A stretch of DNA of 63,823 nucleotides, counting the filler, from Collodictyon triciliatum (taxonomy: Eukaryota), in assembly GCA_043381765.1 (NCBI GenBank). It is 37 parts of 37 records of this genome, joined end to end, with 100 filler letters (N's around TTAATTAATTAA, not from the genome) between each part and the next. Parts side by side here need not be neighbours in the genome. Positions count along the whole stretch, not along the records: positions 25,623 to 27,184 come from JBHJMP010010731.1; positions 27,285 to 28,854 come from JBHJMP010010732.1; positions 28,955 to 30,524 come from JBHJMP010010733.1; positions 30,625 to 32,194 come from JBHJMP010010734.1; positions 32,295 to 33,863 come from JBHJMP010010735.1; positions 33,964 to 35,532 come from JBHJMP010010736.1; positions 35,633 to 37,201 come from JBHJMP010010737.1; positions 37,302 to 38,869 come from JBHJMP010010738.1; 29 more parts are not named here. One strand, 5' to 3'. Numbering within the stretch: the stretch's first letter is position 1; each line of letters starts with the position of its first letter. Both the position numbers and the translations under genes were made by a program. The notes under the pieces were generated by a model. The model was not told the DNA's origin, did not search any database, and saw only the letters and a list, made by a program, of their open reading frames with translations. Positions 25,623 through 37,629 of the stretch are shown piece by piece.

Positions 25623-27184
25623 GTGGGAACTTTAGGAAACGCAGCGTTATAATAAAAATTAGCTGTATCAGCAAGTTCTTCTCCTCGGGCTTTTAATTTT
25701 CCAATGAAATTCTGTAAATCTTCTATTGTTTGAGTTTGTTCAATAACAATAGGATTTTCAAGATTTAATAATGCATTTAAATCATTTATCTGTTCTTTAA
25801 GATTTTCTATTTCGACATCTTTAGTGTCGGGTGCCTCCTGTAACAACGTTAAATTTTGTACTTGACTTTCTAATTCCCGAATTCTATTCAGTTGTATTTG
25901 TGCATTTAATGCTTGTCTCTTTTTCTTATAACTATCCTGAACTTTTATTAGATTGTCTCATCCATTTTCTAACTCTGCTGTGTTTAAATTAGACCTATGA
26001 ATTGGTTTTTTTGTTTTTGGTGTCTTTGGTGTTTTTGGTGTCTTTGTTACTGAAGATTCAACTGAAATGTCTGTTGTATCCAATCCAACGCTATAGTTGC
26101 CTGGTATAATCTTGTTGAGAGCTGCACGTTGTTCCTCAAAGCGGGCACGTTTGTTATCCATTTGCACGCCCAAGTCCTGTAATCTCTTTTGATAAATTTC
26201 TTTGTCTTGCATCAAGCCAGTTGCCAGTTGAGACGCAGTGTTAACAGTGTCTTGAAGTTCTTTTATATATTGGTTTTGATTACTCATTGCAATATTCAAT
26301 GTATCGATTTGTTCATATGCGTTATCTAGGTTTTGTTGTAAAAGCTCTACGTGTTCTGCTAATTTTTTAATTAATTCATCTGCTTCTTTTGCTATATTTG
26401 TAGGTGTTATATATTTATCTAGATTCAAATCTTTAGATTTATCTTTAGTTTTAATATTTTCTAATTTTTTTGTTTCATTTTGTTCTTTTATTTGATTTAA
26501 TCTATTGCTCATATCAGCTAATTTTTGTGTTATGTTGGTAATACTGACACTCTTGCTAGTATCGGGAACAGCAGTTCTGTTTGGTGTTTGTTCTGGACCA
26601 AATAACTCTCTCGCAGTTTTACTAACTGGTGATGGGCTCTTAAAATCAGTTGTACTCTTTGTACCAAAAGTACGCATAGTAACAGGCGTGTTTGTAATGC
26701 TTTGTGCTATAAGAGTATTTGTTATAAATGACCCTGCACTCATATTTGATGCATCAGGATCTTCTATAGTAGATTCGTTGAGCATAGACGCGGTCTGTGC
26801 CTGTGTAAATGTTCCTGATTGATTCAGCTGTTGTATACTTTGATTTAGAAAAGACTGTGCAGGAGTTAATATCGAGCCTAACATACTCATTGTTGTTTGG
26901 TCAGGATTAAATGTAGTGTTTGCTGATGCCGTTCCCAGGACTTGAGGCCCAAATATAATGCTAGATGTTCTCTGTGCCCTAGCGGCATAATTGGATTGGT
27001 TAAAATATTGTGAGCGCTCAAAAGTAGTAAACAAATTTTGCATGGACTGTGATAAAGCCACAAGAGATAACTGCGCACTTGTTTGTATCATGCTTACAAT
27101 TGACCGTGCAAGTAAATTACTAAAATTTATATCATCAAATTCGTTTAACTTGGCATTAAGTGAATCGTTCATTATTGCTTCAAG
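25623..27184 (-). CDS. Intronless coiled-coil-rich ORF of about 520 codons with one in-frame TGA; unknown origin
   Basis: The two listed ORFs (25958-27172 and 25571-25846) are in the same frame. The 37 codons between them are open (ENG*DNLIKVQDSYKKKRQALNAQ...). Confidence 0.65.
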
Positions 27185-28396
27185 NNNNNNNNNNNNNNNN
27201 NNNNNNNNNNNNNNNNNNNNNNNNNNNNTTAATTAATTAANNNNNNNNNNNNNNNNNNNNNNNNNNNNNNNNNNNNNNNNNNNNGCGACACCAATCCGAC
27301 TGACAAGCCGATGAAGGTGCTTCTGGGTATTGTGAGTGCCCCAAACTATGATGGCGTGACTGTTCTGGACGACAAGTAAAAGGCACCGAAAACGGTTCTC
27401 AGATATCGATACATTCTGATTGTCTGAGCCGTTCTCTTTGAAGCAACTGAAAGCATTCAAATGCAACCGAGCTGAAATAAAGGCTATTTACCAGAAAGAC
27501 CCTTGAGTTGAATGTGTGATTCTTGTATATATTGAAAGCGAAGTCATAAAAATCGTACGAGAGTCTGATGTGAATGCTGCAATATCCTCATAATCAAAAT
27601 ATTTGTTTGTTTTCTGTTTCTGTACGAGACCTTCATATCCCATTCTTTGCACTCGAGCTTAATAACTTATTTACTTCACCACAACTAAAAGTAAAAAATA
27701 AATTTACAGCTCCAATTACACAATCCAGGCCAACCTTTTTGAAAGCTGCTGCTATTAACGAAAACAGACCTGACTAATAATTGGCTTAGTGCTCTATTGT
27801 TTCGCCCTCTAAGTAATCTAATATGTAATTTGGACATGACAATCCCATTTAAAAAAGAAAGAAATTTGGTAGTGTCAAAAACAGGGTAAAATATCTTATA
27901 CTTGGATGGATATTTTCCTCTTCCTAGTATCTTACTATAAGATATCTGTTTGGTCAAGAACGTGAGGGTGACTGCCCCAGTAATTTTTATAATGAGAAGC
28001 ATGTCCAATAAAAACGGGAAAATCTGATTAAGGGTCTATAATCGTTTAGGGAGAGATGTAGCTTCATGCTGAGTTTCATGAGTAAAGCGCGTTATACTGC
28101 ACGAACAGAGCCACAGCTTTTAATGGATTTTGTATGTAGCTGCTCATCTTTTCAAATGTGTGGGTCAGCCGGGTGGGTTTTGGTGTGTTCTCAAAAAAAT
28201 GTGGTATCTTCCTATGATTCTTTTTTTTTTATTATTATTTTTGTTTTTGTTTTCTCATATTCGTTTTAGCTGATGGATGATTTCCTGTTGGTGCAAACAG
28301 AGCCCACTCCTTGCGATTACACAATCTATATGGAAAAAAAAAATTACAATGAGCGAATCCCACAAAGCCCAAAAAACATTAAAGATGCGCCCACTC

Positions 28397-28401
28397 AAAA
28401 A
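28397..28401 (-). terminator. Pol III oligo(T) terminator of tRNA-Phe
   Basis: TTTTT about 9 nt downstream of the discriminator base. Confidence 0.7.
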
Positions 28402-28409
28402 GAAAGGTC

Positions 28410-28482
28410 TGCCGAAACTCGGGATCGAACCAAGGACATCAAGATCTTCAGTCTTACGCTCTTCCAACTGAGCTATTTCGGC
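28410..28482 (-). tRNA. tRNA-Phe(GAA), 73 nt, intronless
   Basis: GCCGAAATAGCTCAGTTGGAAGAGCGTAAGACTGAAGATCTTGATGTCCTTGGTTCGATCCCGAGTTTCGGCA folds into a cloverleaf with A and B boxes. No encoded CCA. Confidence 0.97.
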
Positions 28483-28542
28483 TGCTCCTTGCGAGAGAAG
28501 GCGCACAATATACTATAATATATCTTTTCTATTTTTTCATGC

Positions 28543-28854
28543 GATTTCTGGTTGAGTTCGAGACTGACAGAAGAGCGGATAAAGTTGTCGGTCGATGAAA
28601 GTACGCACATGGCAGTTACTTTTAAAATCGATTCCGACGAGTCCTTTCAACCATCTATCTCAGACAAGGTTTACATCCTATTTCATTCCACTGGATGAGT
28701 CTTTTGAGGGGACAATGGGTCACTTTCCTTGCATTTCTTGCTGGGCGACTCCGATAAAAAGCGATACATCGTTGTTTGTCTGGAATTATCGGAAGTGGCG
28801 CTTGACCGTCCCCTGGTTTCGGAACCATGCGTAGCCGGCAGTGGACTTTGCTTA
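28543..28854. repeat. Unclassified interspersed repeat, copy 2, about 60 bp upstream of tRNA-Phe
   Basis: Homologous to 15275-15494. Similarity ends abruptly near 28543. Confidence 0.85.
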
Positions 28855-28954
28855 NNNNNNNNNNNNNNNNNNNNNNNNNNNNNNNNNNNNNNNNNNNNTT
28901 AATTAATTAANNNNNNNNNNNNNNNNNNNNNNNNNNNNNNNNNNNNNNNNNNNN

Positions 28955-30339
28955 AATCCCAAGGCCGAAGTGGTCAAAGATTCGAAGAATTGTATTGAAC
29001 ACATGTTCGTCTAGTTCTGCATTCAGTTCTTGTTTGATTTGGTCTTTTAGCTTGCTCAACAAAATGATGCCACTTGTGTCCTTCCCGATGCCTTTGAAGC
29101 TAAAGACACAGCGGAATATGTTGATGAGAAATAGAGGGTCTAAAAATATAATGTCTTTGATATATTCAAGTGATGAATACCAAACGACCGAGCCAAGGTC
29201 ATGGAGGAATTTGAGAGCACTTTCGCACCCATTTCTGTCCATACCCAGCTGCTTCTCGGCAAAATCGTAAGTGTCTTGGATTCGTTCGTACTTTGATACT
29301 TGGCCTTTAGAATTCAGATAGTCTTTCAGCCCAATGTATGTTTTTGGAACGTCCTTGTTCATGTTATCAAGCCTCATCATTCCTTTGTATATCTCTCCCT
29401 TCAAATCTGAAATTTTTGTTCCGCTCTTGTTGCTTACTTTTAAATCTGTATTGATGAAGATGTGGCGAGCCTTTTCATCCAGTTTCTGCTCATTTTCTTT
29501 TTTGATTCTTTCGATTTCTTTTTGCATCTCCTGGCTATACGTTTGATTTTCACAATCTTGATGAGTCCCAGCAATTATGATTTTTGAGCTAGGCGCGAAG
29601 TCATCAAGCATTTTGACCCAGCGGCTGAGATTATTCTTCTCCTTGCCCTGGTCGAGTCTGTACAGGATTAAAACGAGGGCGCCTGATGACAAAAAGAATG
29701 GGTGTGTCACTTGGAACTCTTCTTGTCCTCCAAAGTCCCAGATTCGCATGGAAATCTTTGTCTTGAATAGTCTACCCATGGTCGACTCATCGATATCAAC
29801 GTGAGCAATACCATCAGTTCGCTCACGCTGCTGGTCTGTCATATTCTTGAAAATCCAGTGATTTTGTGTGATTGATTTGATAAGGGTTGTCTTCCCTGCC
29901 TCCCCCTCGCCCAATAGTAGGAGTCTTCCCTGAGTCCATTTTACAACACCATTCATAGAGTTTGATAGGAAATCGAAGATAGCCTCAGACCCATTTCTGA
30001 TGACGTTCTCTGGGATATTTTTGATAGGATTTCCTTGGATATTCAGTCCACCTCGAAGGCCTTTAAGCTTGGCGATGAATGGAGGTATGACTATAATCTG
30101 TTTGTTAAATTGATTTTTTAACTTTTTCTATTTTGTATTATACGACCACATATATTGATCGAAAAAAATAAACAGGAAAATGGAAGAGATATGACCTTGT
30201 TGTTGGATATGTCCAGTTTTTGAAGATTTGCAAGGTTTGCTATGACATCTGGGATGTGTGAAATCTGGATTCGCACGGTAGGTGAGTTTAAGTGGGTATT
30301 TGATTACTATATTTTGCACTATAGTTTCATTCTTTAGTT

Positions 30340-30426
<87 letters not shown>

Positions 30427-30524
30427 TTTATAGTTTTTTTTTTTATTTTTTTTTTTTTTTTTTTTTTTTGCAAATGTATGTTGTGTAGCTTTATAACCTG
30501 ATTTCCAGAAATATTGAGGGCCAT
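28955..30524 (-). CDS. Roco protein (LRR-ROC-COR), spliced, partial
   Basis: LRR exons (ALNISGNQ|ISHIPDVIANLANLQKLDISNNK|IIVIP...NIQGNP). P-loop GEGEAGKTT, RTDGI, WDFGGQEEFQVTHPFFL and GTHQD. COR motif LKFLHDLGSVVWY...FLDP. Confidence 0.93.
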
Positions 30525-30624
30525 NNNNNNNNNNNNNNNNNNNNNNNNNNNNNNNNNNNNNNNNNNNNTTAATTAATTAANNNNNNNNNNNNNNNNNNNN
30601 NNNNNNNNNNNNNNNNNNNNNNNN

Positions 30625-32194
30625 CCCCCCCCCATGCCAGTAAAAACTGTCACAAAGGTTGCGCACCTATCTAACATACCGCTGGGGGTCAGCTGGACTG
30701 ACATTTTCGAAGCCTGCAGCGAATACTTCACCCCAATCAAAGTCAACTGGTCAAAGCCTGGAGGAATATGCATGAATGATGCACTCGTTACTTATATCAA
30801 AGAACAGGAAAAATGGGGAAAATACCTCCCTTCGTCGTCATTCATGGCAGACGCTGTCGCGTGGAGATACGCGCCCTCAAAGATTCTGACATCCCATCAC
30901 CTCTCCCCGACAAAGAAGGGAATGACACATAAGGTCAAGCCACAAGAAAACAACTGCTGCCAAGCCGATCACCATCAATCAAGCGGCCACCAACAAACAA
31001 AACGCCACCACTCGCTTCTCAGGCTTCAGCACAAAAGTAGCCGACTTCAGCGCTAAAGACTGGCCAAGCGTGCAGGAATCGTCTGTGCAAAACAAGCCCA
31101 GAGCCCACCAACAAGGAAAAAAGCAACACGCATCGTCCTCTAATGTCAGAGGGAGAAATTGTGACAAGAAATCCGCAGATGAAGTGCTCGAAGTCTCAAT
31201 CAAGACAAAGGTTCAAGAGCGGCCCCAAAATCAAGAAATGGATATCGAAATGATGGACGAAACACCAGGCGATTTTCCCGAAAGTGCATCAAGTTCACCA
31301 GTGAACACAGGGGAAGCAGTATCAATCGTGGAATGGCTCCAAAGAAGTGGAGGAAACATCGATAATCTCCAAGATTTCCAACCTCCTCAAGCCGATGATA
31401 TCTCACCAAGCTCTTCTTTAAACCATGGAGAGGACGCCGAGGAAAGGGAAGCCCAAGCCAACTCGGTAACAAAATCGGGAAACAGCATAATGGCACCCAG
31501 AAAACCACACCCGCCTACCTCCTTAGAGGTCATGGCTCCTGGGACCACTCAAGAGACTCTTTCTTCAGCAAGTAATGTGCAATCCATAAGAAGCAACGTC
31601 CCAGACTCGGGATAGTAAGAACAACAGACCATCCAACCTGTCGTCGTCATAGAAGGTTCTGCTGAGGAAGAAAGTGAGCACCTTGAAGCTTCGGGAACAT
31701 CAAACTACTCCTCAAGTACTGTTTATGAAAGCAGACCTGCTGTCGAAACTCTTGCGACTCCCCAGCGAGAAGCATCTTCCTATCCAAGAAAAAAAGGAAC
31801 CATAGATGAATATAAAACACCGGCTACTCATCCTGCAATCACTGGCGCACCAAAAAAAGACCGAAACCGTCGAAGATAAAGCCTCGTCCGATGAAAAGAG
31901 AATGAATCAGTCAAGTACACCACCGAATATAGCGAGCCAGAAAGAAAATCAGAATGAAAGTAGAACCATGGGTGGCCCTGTCTACCGTGTGGATGAGGGA
32001 GAAAAATTGGAACCGAGGGTTACTAGTGACCAACAGAGTGCATCTCCCAACACACCAGCTACAAAGGGGGTGCAGCCAAAAGCCCAAGACCATCCGACAA
32101 ATCCTGGCCGAACCGCGAGCAATTATAACACCGGCCAAATGAAGGATAACTCGAGTAAACCATCCCACTCTGAGCAACCCAGCTGCAGCGGAGA
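30625..32194 (+). mobile_element. Probable decayed LINE ORF1 (RRM-like start, then long S/P/Q/E-rich tail)
   Basis: Intronless and less AT-rich than host genes, broken by frameshifts. AHLSNIPLGVSWTDIFEACSEY resembles an RRM beta1-alpha1 segment. Confidence 0.4.
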
Positions 32195-32296
32195 NNNNNN
32201 NNNNNNNNNNNNNNNNNNNNNNNNNNNNNNNNNNNNNNTTAATTAATTAANNNNNNNNNNNNNNNNNNNNNNNNNNNNNNNNNNNNNNNNNNNNAA

Positions 32297-32331
<35 letters not shown>

Positions 32332-32340
32332 GAAAATTAG

Positions 32341-33756
32341 AAAAAGGGTGTTGTTGGTCCTATTCCGGTCACTGGTGTCCCACTACAAATGCCTGCATCC
32401 GGCACTGGTGCTGCAGGCACTCCTGTGTGATTTAGATTTCACATCTATTGCTTTCATCGTTCGTCTGTTTATAGTATAAAAAATTCAGTAAGGCTCCACT
32501 GATTCCTGGGTGGCAATGAATTAATGAATCTATTAGCAGATCAAACCAGTCCAGCCTGAGATTATTTATTGGAAGGTTAATGTCATTGAGCTATTAAAGC
32601 AACTAAGGCATCAGGTGCTTCTAATTCTATTATATATTTACTTTTTTTTTATTTTTATTCATTTTTGTATCACAAGTTTATTTTCAAATTATATCTGAAA
32701 CTTTGCCCAAGAATGCGCTAGATATCTCAAGAAACACATAGCTCATTTTCATGTTCCTTAGGAAATGATCAAATACATAGAAAAAAGATTTGATAAAGAT
32801 TCGTCAAATGCTGTTAGGGGAATGCTATTGTTGAGCGGAGCACAAGAGAAATCAAAGAATGACCCAACATCTAGTGAGTTTTTATCCCTCTAAGAAGTCA
32901 TCGATACCATGTTATTGTTCGTAATTATGACCAGTCAATATATCAATAAAATGATAATGTTAATTGAGAATTAAACTGAGAGGGGTGCTTCATCACTGAC
33001 ACCACGGGCTCTCATGGACTCTCTTTTGTATATGTTTTTATCATTTTCTTCGTTATTTTCCATGTGTTTTATACATGATATCACATAGCCCCCATAACAT
33101 TTCATGCCCTCGTGTCTACAATGCCCGGAGATGCAAGTAAAGAACAAATATTGGAGAATGTTTTGGAAAATATGAAAAACGACTCCTCTGGTATCTTGAC
33201 CAAACTGAACGATATACGTCGAGGAACTTTTCTTTTAAGTAAAATTTTGGCACTTTTCTTCACGCATTGGAGAATTTGTTTTTATTTTATTTTTGTTTTG
33301 AAAGTTATTTTTCAGCATCGTCTGGTGAAATATTCCTCTTGTGCTAGCACATTCTCCTTGGTGTGTTCTGTGTTCTAGTTATCTCATGATATAAATATGA
33401 CCCTTAGACATGAATCGCATTTGTGAGATGATGAAGCAAGACATGGTTGAATCTGTCATAATCGAGAAATTTGGTCTATATGCATGCCGTATTTATCGGC
33501 TGTTAAGAATGAAAAAGCAACTGGAGCGCAAACAGGCAATCTATCATTTATATAAACTCTCCCAGATTCATTTATATATTTTTATCATGTCATGTAAAAG
33601 AAACTTGAAAAATTATAAATGAAAGAGGCTGTCAAAGGCACCATTCGACTTACACTGGTCGCAATATTTTAGATAAGCGATATGGCTATGATTCCCCAGA
33701 AAGAGACTTTCCAGCTACTGTACACCCTCTATCATGACGGACTTGTTTCCATGCAG
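32341..33756 (+). CDS. POLR3C: RNA polymerase III subunit RPC3 (RPC62/RPC82), spliced, partial
   Basis: IYWKVN...LRHQ|EMIKYI and VESVIIEKFGLYACRIYRLLRMKKQLERKQ|ISDMAMIPQKETFQLLYTL...VSMQ|. Confidence 0.88.
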
Positions 33757-33963
33757 GCACGCTCCTCTTCTCTTTCTCTTTCTCTTTCTCTTTCTCTTTC
33801 TCTTTCTCTTTCTCTTTCTCTTTCTCTTTCTCTTTCTCTTTCTCTTTCTCTTTCTCTTTCTCTNNNNNNNNNNNNNNNNNNNNNNNNNNNNNNNNNNNNN
33901 NNNNNNNTTAATTAATTAANNNNNNNNNNNNNNNNNNNNNNNNNNNNNNNNNNNNNNNNNNNN

Positions 33964-35532
33964 GTGCACATCATGCCCAGCTGGTACATACAACGATAAA
34001 ACTGGCTCATTTAATCAATCATCATGTATCCCATGTCCAAACGGAAGCTACAGCTCAGAGAGAAGCTCATCATGCAGCCTATGCTTATCAGGATTCTATC
34101 AAAAAGAAGGAATCATAAAAGACTCACAATCATGCCATGCTTGTCCAAAAGGCACATTCAACCCAAACTCTGGCTCATATGGCAACAAATCATGCATTGA
34201 ATGTCCACAAGGTACTTGGAATGATAGAGATGGTCAAGCATCATGCACATCGTGTCCAGCTGGTACATTCAACAACAAAATAGGCTCATATAACCAAGCA
34301 TCATGTGTGTCATGTCTAAATGGAAGCTACAGCTCAGAAAGAAGCTCATCATGCAGCTTATGCTTATCCGGATTCTTTCAAAAAGAAGATATCATAAAAG
34401 ACTCACAATCATGCCATACTTGTCCAAAAGGCTCATTCAACTCAAACTCCGGCTCTTATGGAAACAAATCATGCATTGAATGCCCACAAGGCACTTGGAA
34501 TGATAGAGATGGCCAAGCATCGTGCACATCATGCCCAGCTGGGACATTCAACAATCAAACGGGCTCATATAATTTATCATCATGCATTTCATGTCACAAT
34601 GGAAGCTACAGCTCAGAAAGAAGTGCATCATGCAGTTTATGCTCACCAGGATTCTATCAAAAAGAAGGAATCACAAAAGACTCACAATCATGCTATGCTT
34701 GTTCAAAAGGCACATTCAACTCAAACTCCGGCTCATATGGAAACAAATCATGTATCGAATGTCCACAGGGTACTTGGAATGATAAGGATGGTCAAGCATC
34801 ATGCACATCATGTCCAGCTGGTACATTCAACAATAAATCTGGCTCATTCAATCAATCATCATGCATATCATGTCCAAATGGAAGCTACAGCTCAGAAAGA
34901 AGCTCATCATGCAGCTTATGTCCATCAGGATTCTATCAAAAAGAAGGAATCACAAAAGACTCAAGCTCATGTTATACTTGTCCAAAAGGCACATACAACT
35001 CAAACTCTGGCTCATATGGAAACACATCATGCATTGAATGTCCACAAGGCACTTGGAATGATAGAGATGGTCAGGCATCATGCACATCATGTCTAGCTGG
35101 AACATATAATAAAAAAACTGGCTCATTTTATTCTTCATCATGTATTTCATGTCCAAATGGAAGTTACAGCTCAGAAAGAAGTGCATCATGCAGCTTATGT
35201 TCACCAGGATTCTATCAAAAAGAAGACATTATAAAAGACTCAAAATCATGCTACCCTTGTCCAAGAGGCACATACAACTCAAACTCCGGCTCATATGGAG
35301 ACAAATCATGCATTGAATGTCCACAAGGTACTTGGAATGATAATGATGGCCAAGCATCATGCACATCATGTCCAGCAGGTACATATAACAACAAAACTGG
35401 CTCGTTCAATCAATCATCATGTATTTCGTGTCCAAACGGAAGCTACAGCTTAAGTGGAAGCGCATCATGCAGTTCATGTCCCACACGCTCAACAACAACC
35501 AAAAAAGGTTCTAAATCAATCGATGAGTGCAA
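33964..35532 (+). CDS. Cys-rich tandem-repeat surface protein (ephrin-receptor-like/GCC2-GCC3-type CxxC modules), internal fragment
   Basis: Open frame across the whole contig. A 279-bp (93 aa, 10 Cys) unit starts at 33974, 34253, 34532, 34811, 35090 and 35369. Confidence 0.9.
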
Positions 35533-35632
35533 NNNNNNNNNNNNNNNNNNNNNNNNNNNNNNNNNNNNNNNNNNNNTTAATTAATTAANNNNNNNNNNNN
35601 NNNNNNNNNNNNNNNNNNNNNNNNNNNNNNNN

Positions 35633-35703
<71 letters not shown>

Positions 35704-35751
35704 AAAAAAAACAAAAAAAAACAAAAAAAAACAAAAAAAACTATATAATAG

Positions 35752-37056
35752 GTAACACGATTATTGGCAAATTTGGCCATAAACCCTTCTATCGGCCCGA
35801 AGATTGCATCAATGCCACAAATATCCGTCCTAAAGAAAGCGTTGGGTAATTTATGAAATGGTTGTCTACAAACGAATGTATGCCTAATACATTCAAATAT
35901 GTCAGATGCCCGTAAAATTCAGGATTCTGAAGAATTTATTTTAAATATCGTGGCGGTAATCACAAATTTATCTTACTTTGATTCACCTGACAACCAAATT
36001 CTGGGTGACGTGGAATCCTATTCGAAACGTAATATCTTAAAGATGGAATTTTTTTACGCACAAACATCGAAGATATGTTGTGATTTCAAAGAGAGTTATC
36101 AATTTGAATTCCTCTTAGATTTATCAATGTTCTTTTAAAAAAAATAGTACTTGTTTCGATGTTATTTTTTGACAACGAGGAGGCCGTCATGGAAGCAGTG
36201 AGAGCTTATGGCAATTTTTCCAGGACTCAAAGAGGCAGAGCTGTAATGAAAGCTATAAGAGGTCTGTCTATATTACAAATCTATATAATCCACATTATGA
36301 TTATACGATATTAACAGCGGAGTTTGTCCGATTATTGTGTCTCGCATGATTTTCACTTCAAAATCTCGGACGTCAAAAATCGTGCGATAGATGTTGTTGT
36401 TATTATTATTAAAATACTGTTTCCATTCTATTTTGGTTCTATAACACAGCCATCGACGCTGTTGTGATTCTACTGGACCATGCAAACATGGATGTGCTTC
36501 GGTCGTGTTGTGGTGTTTTGATGAATATTTCATCCGACCCTGACTACCGTGACCACATCATCACCGTTAACAGCATAGACAAGTGATTTTTCATCCTTAG
36601 TGGACCAATATATTCAAGAATCATAAATGCTTGTTTTTTTTTTTTTAACAACGCTCTCACTCCATATAAGATTTAGACTGTTTCCATAAGCGACGAGCAT
36701 TTGATTTCTTTTTGCGTAGACTGACCAGATAATTTTCTCTCTGTTTCTCTTCGTAGATTAATAGAGATCTTAACCAGCATTGGGCTCGAAGACCCACCCA
36801 TAGCGAGCAATGCCTGTAAAATTATTTATAATTTAAGGTAAAGTGTAGTTCCTATCAGCCACAACATCGAATATAGCTATTCATTTATACTTCCTTTCTT
36901 AATGAATAAAACAACCATGGAAAGAGGTGCTTTTTAATGTAATACACTTTCACTGTGCTGTGATATTGCAGTATCGGACGGAGCACGTTGGCTTTGAGTG
37001 GGGAACAGTCAGCCATTGTGGACAGCCTCCTCAGCGAGCTAGTGGAAGATATTGCT
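35752..37056 (+). CDS. ARMC2: Armadillo-repeat protein, ARMC2-like (cilia-associated), spliced, partial
   Basis: RLLANLAINPSIG, SEEFILNIVAVITNLSYF, EAVRAYGNFSR and ILLDHANMDVLRSCCGVLMNIS. Confidence 0.72.
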
Positions 37057-37629
37057 GGTAGCTCTTTTTTGCATTTTTTTTAAAATTAATCCACTAAAAA
37101 TACAATAAAATACAATAAAATACAATAAAATACAATAAAATACAATAAAATACAATAAAATACAATAAAATACAATAAAATACAATAAAATACAATAAAA
37201 TNNNNNNNNNNNNNNNNNNNNNNNNNNNNNNNNNNNNNNNNNNNNTTAATTAATTAANNNNNNNNNNNNNNNNNNNNNNNNNNNNNNNNNNNNNNNNNNN
37301 NTATGATTTTTTTTTTTTTTTTGCTTTATCTTTGGATCGAACAAAGGAGAAAAGGATTTCTTTCTTCTTGCAACGCCACCGAGTATAGAATCATCCAACA
37401 GTTCCCTCATTTCTATCTATTTTTATTTTTGTTTGTTTGTTTGTTTGTTTGTTTGTTTGTTTGTTTGTTTGTTTGTTTGTTTGTTTGTTTGTTTGTTTGT
37501 TTGTTTGTTTGTTTGTTTGTTTCTTCTCGCTTGAGCCGTTCCCGGTTTTACTTCATTGATTATTCTTTCTTTTCATACGAGCAAACCTTTTTTGAATGTT
37601 CTTGAATGATTGCAATATCTACGACATAG

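Noticed and set aside
28410..30524. Functional clustering of the tRNA, repeat and Roco gene (or any cross-contig 'system')
   Set aside because: They are separated by artificial spacers, so the adjacency is arbitrary.
34458..35096. His/Ala-rich overlapping ORF
   Set aside because: It is a shadow frame of the Cys-rich repeat gene.
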